Of a DNA stretch of 64,000 nucleotides, positions 12,030 through 23,694 are shown piece after piece. Source of the stretch: Callorhinchus milii (Eukaryota); contig NW_024704742.1 in NCBI RefSeq assembly GCF_018977255.1, positions 67,892,001 through 67,956,000 of the forward strand. The letters are read 5' to 3'. The position numbers and the translations under genes are program-made. A model generated the notes under the pieces. That model saw only the letters and a list, made by a program, of their open reading frames with translations. It made no database searches and was not told the origin of the DNA. Position 1 is the stretch's first letter; each line of letters begins with the position of its first letter.

Positions 12030-12700
12030 AGTCTGTCATCTCAACCAATCTTGCTCTCGCCTTCGAACGCGTCTTCCTGAGCGACAGGAGAAGCAGCCAA
12101 TTGGAGGAGTCACTGAGGGGTCGGGCGAGCCAATCAAGACAAGGTACATGGAGGGGAGGCAGGATATCCGGTGATCAAGTTCGGCTGCACCCGATCAGTC
12201 ATACGGAAGTAGTATTTCCCTCCGCGCTGCCCGGGAGCCGCGGAGCAAAGTCCCTCAAACCGGCGGCTCAAACCCGTTTTAGAAGTGTATTTTTTTTACA
12301 TATACATAAATAAAACGTTGCGCCGCGCCGCCGCCGCCGCCATCAGGAAAATGACACAAAAATAACATAAACCCGCGAGACTCTGTCGGGAGGACGCGTG
12401 GCGTGGCGTGGTGTGAGGGGCGGGCAGGGTGTGGTGTGAGGTGGGGGGCAGTAAGCGGGTGGTTACCAGCTCCTTGGGCGGCCTCTCCTGGGTTTTCCCG
12501 AACAGCCCCATGACGGCGGCGGCGGCTCTCGGCCTCGCTCTGGCCGCTCCGTCCCTCGCGCCTGCGCACACGAGCTCAGCAGCCGCCGCCGCCCACCGCG
12601 CATGCGCCGTGCTGTGCTGTGCTGTGGGAGCGGACAGCGCGGAGCGGCACATCCTCCCAATGATATCCTAATACGACATCCGTGTCGCACAGCGCCCACT
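12030..12700. promoter_or_regulatory. CHMP3 CpG island / promoter
   Basis: High GC and CpG; perfect NRF1 palindrome GCGCATGCGC at 12598-12607; three CCAAT boxes (~12045, ~12098, ~12130) and ETS CGGAAGT (~12205) in intron 1. Confidence 0.8.
12467..12511 (-). CDS. CHMP3: CHMP3/VPS24 (ESCRT-III subunit) coding exon 1, 45 nt
   Basis: Minus strand reads MGLFGKTQERPPKEL from ATG at 12511 (context GCCGTCATGG), then donor GTAACC; lies in a CpG island. Confidence 0.97.
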
Positions 12701-13560
12701 GGAGGGCGTCCCCAGGCGCGCCCTCCGCTGGACATCAGGGATTTGTACCCTGGGGGTTGGGATCGGGGAGGGCGGCCGAAGGCTCGGTGGACGAGAAGGG
12801 CTTTGAGACGTGCCGTGAAGGAGGCGAGGGAGGGGGCGAGGGGACGGGGCTGTGGGATGGAGGGCCATAGGGTGGGGGCAGAGGGGCTGAATCACGTTAA
12901 TCAGCCTGAGCAGCGGAGGGGGCCGACGGGTCACAGCGGTGGGGTGGGGAGGGCAAGGCCATGGAGGGCTTTGAAGGCGAGGACGAGGATTTTGAACTCT
13001 ATCCTCTGGGGAATAAATAATAATCCTTGCATTTGATATAGCGCTGTTCACGTCGGGAGGACGTCCCAAAGCGCTTCACAGAATATACAGTAAAGTGAAT
13101 TGACTGTATATTTGTGGGCGAACGCGGCAGCCAATTGCGCACAGCAATGTCCCACAAACAGTCGTAGATTGAAAATGACCAATTTATTATTGTTTTTGGT
13201 TTTGGAGGGATTATTATTAGGCTCTGTGTGGAGTAAGGAAACTTGCCCAAGGTTTCGCCCTCTGCCTGGAATTGAACTCAGGTCTCCCACTTGCAAAGCG
13301 AGTGCTCTAACCACTGAGCTACAGGACTACAAGGATGGGAAGCCAGTGGAGCCGGGCCAGGGTGGGGAATGATGGGGTCACGGAGCCTGGTGCGGGAGAA
13401 GACATGAGCTGAAGGGTTCTGGTGATCTGCAGCCTGTGGAGGGAAGAGTTGGGAAGGCCGACAAGCAGGGTGTTGGCGTAGTTGAGCCTAGATATAAGCA
13501 CGTGGATGAGGGTTTTGACGGGCTGAGGCAGTGGTGGAGCCGGGCAATGTTAGTGGAAAT
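12690..13560 (-). mobile_element. L2 3' fragment interrupted by a SINE, directly upstream of CHMP3 exon 1
   Basis: SRLNYANTLLVGLP, LARLHWLP, RVQNPRP; tail stem at ~12700-12720. Confidence 0.85.
13015..13328 (-). mobile_element. Full-length young SINE nested in an L2 fragment
   Basis: Near-identical to the 30886 copy; L2 sequence continues on both sides. Confidence 0.92.
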
Positions 13561-16351
13561 CTAGAACGGTCTCCCCTAAAAGGCTGTGGTTGCTGGATAC
13601 ATTCAAATTTTCAAGACTGAGGTGGATAGACTTTTCTTGGATCAGGGTATCAAGAGATATGAGGCAAAGGTCATGGCATGGATGTGAGGGAGAAAGGACA
13701 GTTGACGAGACACCTAGGTTATTGACTGGATCAGTGAGGTGGAATGTGCATCCATGGATGGTGGTCCTGAAGTGTAATAATTATAATAATCCTTGCATTT
13801 GATATAGCACCTGATCATGTCATTCAGATATCTCAAAAGCACTTCACAGAATATACTGCAAAGTGTAGTGACTGTATATTTTAAGGGCAAAATACAGCAA
13901 CAACAACTTGCATTTGTATAGCACCTTCCACACCGGGCGGAATCCCAGAGCATCAGTCGGTGGCCCACAGCAGCCAATTGCTCACAGCTTTTATTTTAGT
14001 GTAAGAATTTATTTGCAGATGACACCAGGTTTGGGGGAGGTGTGATCGGGCAGGGAGAATGTGGAATCAGAGGAAACAGAATTTGTGATTCTATGCTCCC
14101 TTTCATGTTCTCGTTAAAGGGAACATCATAGAATCACAAATTCTGCCCCCACCCCAACCTCCACCCAGATTCAGTCTGGCTCACTCAGTTTGGTTGTGCT
14201 CCGGGACCACTATCCTGCGTGAAGAGTGCTAAATAATCAAGAACAACTTGCATTTATGTAGTACCCTTCGGGGGGTGGGGGTCTTAGAACACTTAGAAGT
14301 GGCAGAGCCTGACTCCGAGCCGGGGGACTGAAAGGTGTGATCTGAAAATGGAGCTGGATACAAGCTGTCTTGGTTCACCCCTGAGTCAGGGAACAGTGTC
14401 TTTGGGTTGGACACTGAGCAAAGTTGGAGGAGGGGAGGTTACATAGCTGTGGTTGCAGTGGTAGGTTTTAGGGTGGGACTTAAAGAGGGGTGAGGCAGAC
14501 CGATTGAGGGAGGGAGCTCCAAAGGTTAGGGATTTGGTGTTTGAAGGCACGGTCACCAATGGTGGTATGGGCATTGTAAAGGGTGTTACAACTGATCCTA
14601 ACCTGTCCTACCCCTGCAACCACAGATATATACACAACCAGTGAGGGTGCTTAGGAGAAAGAACCTTAATTGGTTTTCCCCCCTCCCTATCCCTCTGAGA
14701 ACTTCAGAGTCAATTAGCCTCCTGGCTGTGATCAGCAAACTCGTTCTCAAATAAGGGAACTCCTGGTACACAAGTCCTTAATTTTAGTGCATGAAAGTAC
14801 CACCCAATTGTGGAAGAACCTCAGTGTATGCATTTGTACGTATGTGTCTACAATATACTATTAAGTACCTAGAATTACCTAGAACATTGCAGCACAGAAA
14901 CAGAGCATTTGGTCCAAATAGTCCCAACTACTATGAACTAGTGTTTATATTCCACACAAGTCTCCACCCCTCCTAATCTTCATTAGTTATTCTCCCTCAT
15001 GTATGCATCACAATTTGTACAATAATAAATACTTGCATTTTTCAGATGACACCATATTGGGGGGGTGGAATCCAAGGAAACAGCAAAGATCCTACAAAGA
15101 CAGCTTGTTACAGTATGCTCATTGGCTGGAAACTGGCAATGTTTTAATACAGATAAATGCAGTACTATGTATTGGATGAAAGAATAGGAAACAATTCTCC
15201 ATGGATAGGATAGAAAATTACAAAATAGAAGTTGAAAGAGATCAAGAGGTGTTAGTTGACTATGTCAAAACAATGTGAGGTTGTAATAAATAAGACAAAC
15301 AGGAAGCTGTGCTATGTTGCTACATAAGTTGAATTCAGATCCCCAGATGTCACACTCAGGCTGCACCTTGGTCACACATACAGTTCTTGTCACTGTACAG
15401 GCTTCCCAACCATTCCATATTTGAGATGCCAATCTTGTACACTAGCATGCACAGATGAAAAGTATAGTTATGCAGAAAGGTTTGCAAAGTAGAATCTTTC
15501 TCCCCAAATCACTTGTCTTTGAGCTTTTGCTAGCCATCTTCAAAATCTTCTTAAATCAACTCTCTTAAAAAGATAAACTGAACCCAAATAAAATGTCTGA
15601 CAAACCACAATCTTAGACCCCTCCCATCTCCACCCGAGTTGTTCATGGCTGAATGGAGCTGCTCCACACAAAGGCCTGAGTGAGTACATTCAGTGGCCAC
15701 CACTCCTGCATTTTAACCGGATTATGTATGAATCAACCGGCATATTTCAAATAGATAATACAAATGAATCAGGGCCAGGCATTTTGTTCAATTTATCCAG
15801 CAATTGGGGTTAACTGGCAGCCAGCTAAAGTGGTTTCCACTGTAAATGTAAATTTATATTGTTGTATTGTGTTGCATTTAAACTCCATCAGATCAACTCA
15901 GCGAGTACCTAACTTTTAAGGCAGTTATAAACAAAGACTCGATTTACACCATCGTTTGCAGTTTCAAAATGCATCACCAGAAACAGTCTTACAGCTGTGT
16001 CAGTTTTATCTCAACATCCAAAGTTTAATAATATTAATCCTTGCATTTGGATGTAGCACCTTATCACATCTTCGAGACGTCTCAAAGTGCATCACAGAGT
16101 GTACTGCAAAGTGAATTGACTGTATATTTTGTGAGCCCAACGTGGCAGCCAAATGTTTTGCCTTACCCAGGTCCTCTCGCTTGCGAGGTGAGTGCTGTAA
16201 CTAATAAGAACATAAATAGTTCCATTGGAGATCCTCAAAAATTCAAGTGAAAAAGTTGGAAAGCTTTCACCGCCTTTCATCTACACCTAGGCCTTAGTTG
16301 TAAGGATGGGTAATGCTGCAAATGAATTACTGACACAAATCACATTAATTT

Positions 16352-16357
16352 TTTATT
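16352..16357 (-). terminator. Probable RNF103 polyadenylation signal (AATAAA)
   Basis: Plus-strand tttatt about 470 nt after the stop codon, followed on the minus strand by TG-rich sequence. Confidence 0.55.
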
Positions 16358-16824
16358 GACGTCCCCCTGCTTACACAAACAGGTTTTGCACTTCAAGATT
16401 AAAGTCACGAGCTGTCCCTTACCAACACAAGGAAAACCTGCATTTCATTGTTCTGCAGTCAGGATAGGAAAATCTCTTGACAGAATTGTAAATTCATTCT
16501 TTTGAGAAAATAATTTTTAATTGGAAGATCAATTGGGTTTTAACCACTACTAGATGTTGATTTTGACAGCTAAACATACTGAAGGATTACCATTAAGTCA
16601 CTATTACGAAGCATCCAGGAACAAACAAGGCAACGATAATGGGAGTCACCAGTAAGTGTAATGTGATTGATTATATTGTGGATCAGCTCAAAAAAACTCT
16701 ACATAAACCTAAAATTCAAACCACGAAAGCACAAATATGAACGACAAAAAACTTCACTATACATGTTAAGTGTTAGAAGAGAATTAGGGGCCTGAATTTA
16801 GAGATTAAGGTTACTTTCAGACAA

Positions 16825-18379
16825 CTAGGAAGCATCGCTGTTGGCTGTGGGTTCTTGCCTGACCAGACGATGCTTCTTTTTGTACGAGGCCCACCTGCAC
16901 ACGGGGCAGCAGTGCCGTCCTCCTACCAGCCAAACCACAATACATTGCTGATGGAACACGTGACTGCAAGGCAGACCCATTATTAAACAACCTGTCTGGA
17001 AATTCTCCAGGCACACCACGCATTCCGAGCAGCGCAACATATTCCTGGGCCAAACAGACCAGTCAGGCTCATTCTCATCTGTAGTGCAACTGTGTGAGCC
17101 TGGTTTGCTTTGACCAAAGTGAATAGAATCCTTCCGGTTGCTTTTGGTCTCTTCGCAAGTTGCCGCTCGGTCTTCTGCTGTGTGTGGTCCTTGGTCGTGT
17201 CCTCTTCCCACCCCATGATGTGCTGATGGGTTGCGGCTCTCACTTTCCGAATCGGTGTCACTCTCTTGGCAGCCTTCGCTGGTTTCGTCTTCTGAGTGGC
17301 CTGCGACGCACTTAAATCGCCACGTTGGCAGGTTCTTGATGTAGTCGGTGGGGATCAATGGGTGCAGCCACAGATCTGGAAACGCAAGTCTTTCCAATAA
17401 CAAGTTTGGGTCTTCCTCCCAATCCAAGTAGTGTGGGTAGTGCTGAAATGAAGCAATGGGATGGAACAAATAGCTGGTGTACCAATCCCACAGGCTCGAG
17501 AGCCACTCCAGGTTATTAACATTTACTTCATCGTCGTTATTACGCCTGCGTTTTTTCTCAAAATAATCTATTAGCAAACCATGACCAAGGTACGTGCTGA
17601 GAAAGAGTGCTGGATGGGATGAGTAAAAGGTCCAGTCAACTCGCACCCAGGAAGCCAACGTTGTGGTATTGGCATACCTCAGAAATTTTAAGCTGTATTC
17701 ATAAAAACTTTCCAAATATGGCAACTGAAGAAATCCAATTATAGGCAGCCAAGACATTATTAACAAGGAGTTATAAGTTCCCAACGTGCTTATTAGAACC
17801 ACAAAACGCTTTATTGTAGCACCTTGTGTGACAAATAAATCCATCCATGCCATTAGGTTAACCAAAACTAGGCTTAAAACAAACAGATCATTTACTTCGG
17901 GCTGCAGAGACCGGAGGAATACATCCATTGCCTGATGGGATACAAACTCCCCAGTGGTATTCCCGTATTTATAGATTCCTTCAGGGGTTTTCACTATGTA
18001 CGCTGGAAACTGATGCACCCCGATCTCCTTCATGCGACTCTCATTGTTCCAGTTTTGGACATCAACAAAAATGAATTCCACCCGGCCTGTAAATTTCACA
18101 CTGAGCACGGAGTAGAAAGCGGGCGGCTGATCCAGGTGAGCAAACAAGTACATTTTTACCAGATAACGGTCCCTCTTGTTCCATTCTTCCATTAGTTGGT
18201 CGGTACTCCGAATGGTTTTGATTCGAGATGCCACGTGCGCGTTTATCCATTTGAAAATGTTGTCAACTTCAATCCTGCGGCCACTGTACTCTTTAAGCAT
18301 CACTTTCCCTTTCGAAGTGTTGGTCTGTGGAATGGACATGATCAGCGTGGATTTCAACCATCCCCTTTTGTTGCAGTAT
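16825..18379 (-). CDS. RNF103: RNF103 coding exon 4 (last), 1555 nt including TAG
   Basis: acag|(R)YCNKRGWLKSTLIMSIPQ...; contains the 510-aa ORF with hydrophobic segments, an acidic linker and RING-H2 CVVC...CSHVFHQQC...CPVC. Total CDS 2037 nt = 678 aa + stop. Confidence 0.97.
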
Positions 18380-18609
18380 CTGTGCGTTTAAAAAAAAAAC
18401 AAGGTAGCATCACATGAACAGGGAGTTGATTAAAATTAAATCTTGCAGAGAGAGAAGGCAACAGGACCAGCAGCCATCTAAAAGCCACTTCACAATAACT
18501 TGCACTTGTATAGTGCCCTTCATGTAGTGCAATAATAATACTTGCAATTACAAACGCACCAAGATGACGTCCGGAGCAAAGGACGCTATATAAATGCAAG
18601 TTGTTGTGG

Positions 18610-18960
18610 CATTTGATACAGCACCTTATCACGTCTTTGAGACGTCTCAAAGTTCTTCACAGAATATATTGCAAAATGGATTGACTGTGTATTTTATGGG
18701 CGAAATGTGGCAGCCAATTGCATACAGCAGTGTTCCACAAACAGTCGTGGATTGAGTGACTGCATTTTTTTGGGCAGTGGGGGGGAAGGAATTATTATCA
18801 TCGAAAAACAATCTGACAGTTGACTAGCAACCAGATTCCTACTTGCTATTAGGCAAACAGAGGCGTGTGGAATAAGGAAACTTGTCTAATGTTTTGCCCT
18901 GCACGGGAATCGAACCCGGGTTGTGAGGCAAGTGCTCTAACCACTACGCTACAGGACTCC
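18610..18960 (-). mobile_element. Older SINE, longer variant with GTAAG..GAATCTGGTTGCTAGTC..GATT insert
   Basis: Head at ~18960, diverged core and tail. Confidence 0.8.
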
Positions 18961-19172
18961 AGTGTCTCAGGGCGCTGTGGCAGAGATAGCCCCTGAACAT
19001 GGGGAAAAGGGAGGTAACCATAGCTGACCAGAGGTCGGAGGTAAGTTTTAAAGTGGGCCTGGACAGATACATGCTTAAAAGCACAAGACAGGGAAAAATG
19101 GGCGCAAGAAGCGCGTTTCAGAATGCCATGTGAACCTATTCCTTTAGTAATTTGCCTGAAAGGTTTCTTTAA

Positions 19173-21260
19173 TATCATAGAATCATACAGCACAGAAAGA
19201 GGCCATTCAGCCCATTGAATGTGCGCCAGCTCCTAAAAGAGCAATCCAACTCAATCCCACTGGCCCGCTTCCTCTCCATAGCCCTGCAATCCTGTCCTCC
19301 CCAAATACCCATCTACTTCTCTTAAAAGTTCTTATTGAATCGGCTTCCACTACCCTTTCAGGTAATGCATTCCAGATCCAAACAATTTGCTGGGTGAAAT
19401 TTTTTTTCCTAACCTCCCCTCTGTTTCTTTTAACAACTATCTTAAATTGGTGTCCTCGGGTTACTGACCCACATATCAGTGGAAACAGTTTTTCCCAGTT
19501 CAACCTATCAAATCCTCTCATGATCTTGAAAACCTCTATTAAATCCCCTCTTAATCTTCTCTGCTCTAGGGAGAATAATCCTAGTTTTGCTAACCTCTCC
19601 TCATAACTAAGGTCCTTCATTCTTGGTACCATCCTGGTAAACCTCCTTTGCACCCTCTTCAATGCCCTAAAATCTTTCCTAAAGTGCAGTGCCCAGAGCT
19701 GAACGAAGTGCTCCAACTGCGGCCTAATCAGCATTTTATAAATATTCAATATAACCTCCTAACTTTTGAATTCTATGCCCCTATTTATAAAACCTAGTAT
19801 CCCATATGTTTTTTTAACAGCTTTATCTGCCTGTCCTGCCACCTTCAGAGATTTGCTTACGTGGCCCCTCTGGTCTCTCTATTCATTTGCCCCCTTTAAG
19901 ATTGTACCATCTAACTTATACTGCCGCTCTTCATTCTTCCTAACAAAATGCAACACTGCATTTCTCCACATTAAATCTCATCTGCCATATTCTGCCCATC
20001 TTACTAATCTGTCTAAGTCCTCTTGGAGTCTGGTGCTATCCTCCTCACCATTAACTACTTTTCCTAGCTTAGCATCATCTGCAAATTTGGAAATTGTGCT
20101 CCCTATATCCAGGTCCAGATCATTAATATAGATCAGAAAGAGCAGTCGTCCTAATACCGACCCGAGGGACACCACTTCACACCTCCCTCCAGTCAGAAAA
20201 GCAACCGTTTACTACCACTCTCTGCTTTCTGTCTCCTAGCCAGTTCTGGATCCATGTTACCACAGTCCTTTTAATACCGTGGGCTCCTATTTTGTTTATA
20301 AGTCTCTTATGTGGCACTTTGTCAAATGCCTTTTGAAAATCTAGATAAACTACGTCTACTGCACTACCTTCATCCACCCTCTGTCACTTCATCAAAAAAT
20401 TCTATTAGTTTTGTCAGACACTATCTGCCTTTAACAAATCCGTGTTGACTGTCCTTTATTAAACAATATTTTTCTAAGTGAGAATTTATATTGTCCCGGA
20501 TTATAGTCTCCAGAAGTTTCCCTACTACTGTTGTTAGGCTGATAGGCCTGTAGTTCTCAGGTTTATCCTTCTGCCCCTTTTTGTACAGGGGAGTAAATTT
20601 TACAACCTTCCAGTCCTCTGGCACCACTCCAGTGTCCAAAGAGGATCGAAAGATTGTGGCCAGAGCCTCCGCTCTTTCCACCCTTGCTTCCCTCAGTAAC
20701 CAAGGATGAATCCCGTCTGGACCAGGTGACTTATCTATGTTGAGCACCAACAGCCTTTTTAGTACCTCCTCTCTGTTGGTTTTTATCATATCCAATTTCT
20801 GTTCACATGCCTGCAATATTGTGGCATTGGTTGCACTGTCTTCTTTTGTGAGGACAGTTGCAAAGTACTTATTTAGTACATCAGCCAAGCCCTTTGCCTC
20901 AACAAGAAGATTTCCACTTGGGTCCCTAATTGGACCCACCCTACTTTTGACTAACCTTTTACTCTTGATATGCTTATATATGGGCGAAACCTTGGGCAAG
21001 TTTCCTTACTCCACACAGAGCCTAATAATAATCCCTCCAAAAAACAAAAACAATAATAAATTGATCATTTTCAATCTACGACTGTTTGTGGGACATTGCT
21101 GTGCGCAATTGGCTGCCGCGTTTTGCCCACAAATATACAGTCAATTCACTTTACAGTATATTCTGTGAAGCGCTTTGAAACGTCGAGAAGACGTGAAAAG
21201 CGCTATATCAAATGCAAGGATTATTATTATTATTATAAAATACCTTAGGGTTCCCTTTAT
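19173..21260 (-). mobile_element. CR1 LINE, ~1.8 kb 5'-truncated, degenerate RT (interrupted by a SINE at 20982-21235)
   Basis: KSPGPDGIHP, ENYRPISLT, YLDFQKAFDKVPH, KFADDAKLG, RRLRGDLIEVFK motifs; ATTCTATG tail at ~19175. Confidence 0.93.
20982..21235 (+). mobile_element. 5'-truncated young SINE inserted into the CR1 element
   Basis: Starts at GGGCGAAACCTTGGGCAAG; CR1-like sequence resumes at ~21236-21260. Confidence 0.88.
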
Positions 21261-21406
21261 ATAATACAAACAGCGAGTACCTAACCTTTAAGACAGTTAT
21301 AAACAAAGACTCAATTTACACCATTGTCTCCACTGTTTCAGTTTCAAAAAGCATCACCAGAAACAGTCTTACAGCTAAGTCAGTTTTATCTCAACATCCA
21401 AAGTTT

Positions 21407-21790
21407 AATAATTATACTTGCATTTGATATTGCACCTTATCACGTTGTTGAGACGTCTCAAAGCACTTCACTGAATATACTGTAAAGTGAATCGACTGTA
21501 TATTTTGTGGGCGAAACGCAACAACCAATTACACACAACAGTGTCCCACAAACAGTCATGGATTGAGTGACCAATTTATTATTTTTTTTGAGCGATTATT
21601 ATCCCTGGAAAGTGATCTGGCAATCGACTAGCAACCAGACTCCTACTTACTGCTAGATAAATAGAGACGTGCTGAATAAGGAAAGTTGCTTAACATTTCG
21701 CCCTGACCAGGAATCGAACCCGGGTCCTCTCGCTTGCGAGGTGAGTACGCTAATAACCAGACTCCACAACACTACTCTACAGGACTCCAC
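21407..21790 (-). mobile_element. Older full-length SINE (long variant)
   Basis: Head ctacaggactccac at ~21777-21790, tail at ~21407. Confidence 0.85.
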
Positions 21791-23578
21791 AACATTGCTG
21801 TTGCGATTTGCAGGTCTCTCGAAGTTCACAGCAGTGGCTTTGGAGCAAAGCAATGAAGGTCCCCAGTGCCAAATTGCTGTTGAATTTTTGCAGCAAGCAG
21901 ATCAACTGCCAAGGCAACCACAAGTTTTTTTTTAGAAAAATAGTCAAGCTTTGTTTCACGTGGCGCTTCAATACTTTTCCGTGGACTTCCTCCTAAGAAA
22001 TTATAATTAAGAGTTTGAGGTAATCTTGGCAAATGAACTTAACTCCATGAAACAGCTCCACATCACATAATAATTCTACATAATACAATACAAAAATACA
22101 AAAAATAATCAGCTACACCACGAAAGTAGCCGCAGTCCTAATGGGATTCAAACTAACCTCCACACAGTACTTAAAAGAAGTACTTAATCATAGAATTTTA
22201 CAGTAATGTAGAAGGCCATTCAGCCCCATCGTAACTCACTGAAAGACCTATTCATTTGGTTCCCCTCTCCTGCCCTTTACCTATTCCTTTATTGTTTTTC
22301 TTTGAACGTAATTGCCCCTTTAAAAGCAATAAAAGATACCATTTTAATCACCTTTTTGGTAGGAAATTCCATATCTTAATAAACTTGTGTTTATATATAT
22401 ATATAAAATTCCTAGCCTCTTGCTATGCTTGCTGCCTTTCACTAAAAAGACCATTGTGAGCAAGTGGAAGATGGGAAGAGACAAAACAAGCCAAAATAAA
22501 TTCCCTCTTTCCCAACCCGCTTCCCGGGCGCCTTGTTTGGATGAATCAATGCACGACTGTTTGTAGGACACTATTGTGCGTAATTGGCTGCCGCGTTTGG
22601 CCACAAAATTTACAGTCAATTCACTTTACAGTATACAGTATATTCTGTGAAGAGCTTTGAGATGTCTCAACGACATGATAAGGCTCTGTATCAAATGCAA
22701 GGATTATTATTATTTTTAGTAATGATTTTGAGGTACTCTCCCACTTAAATTCTAAACTGTCCATTAGTGATAGTCCAAAGTCTAATGCAAAGTATTTGAA
22801 AGCTAGACAAGACTAGCAAGCATTCTGTACCCTCCAACCAATAGTTCATTGCACAACAGGGCTGCGATGTATGATGATGTGGTTTTGGCAACCAAGCATT
22901 AGGTTAAAACCGACAAACAATGCCATAAATAGATGCAACCTTGTTGCCTCAGTCTCAACGGGATTCAAACTAACCTCCAGACAGTCCTTAAAAGAAGTCC
23001 TTAATCATAGTAACATAACAGGCTTTAGCCTGTGTTATTTAGATGTGTTAAAACACACTACGTGCATTCACTGTATTCCACATATCACTAATATAAACAA
23101 GAGTTAAAGTTAAACTATGGTCAAGATTTACAAGAAACAGTTGTAAGGAGCAGTAGTTTCCTGGTTACCAGATCACAATATAAATAAAACACTACACTAA
23201 CTATTCTTACATTGTGTATCCATCTCCCAAAAATAATAATAATAATTTGGTTACTTCAATTCACCACTTTTTGTGGGATACTGTAGTCTGCAATTGGCTG
23301 CCGCGTTTTGCCCACAAAATATAATCACTACACTATGAAGTGCTTTGAGACGTCTCAAAGACGTGATAAGCTGCTATATCAAATGCAAGGATTATTATTA
23401 TATTTATCATTATAACTATGCACCTGTTTCACAAAACAAGCAAGTTAACATAACTGCTAAGATAAAATGGAGTAGGAACTACCAAAGTCTAATGCAGAAG
23501 CCATCTGAACTCTAAAATCAAGAGAGAATACAAACATGTTCTTCAGTGGTTAGATAAACTCATCTTCATAGATCTCAC

Positions 23579-23694
23579 CTGGGGTCATTGGAGCAATTGA
23601 AAGTTCCTGTACGTATACCAAACTGAGATACTTTCTTCACCATCTTGTGCCACCGATCCCTGCCCAAGAGAGGATCTTTATCTTTCGCCACAAC
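23579..23694 (-). CDS. RNF103: RNF103 coding exon 3, 116 nt
   Basis: tcatag|VVAKDKDPLLGRDRWHKMVKKVSQFGIRTGTFNCSNDP(R)|gtgaga; absent from the ORF track, found by reading the sequence. Confidence 0.94.

Noticed and set aside
12279..13069. Many overlapping 80-144-aa ORFs at the CHMP3, RNF103 and RMND5A 5' ends
   Set aside because: Expected from stop-codon scarcity in GC-rich islands and L2 sequence; only the exon-1 frames match known proteins.
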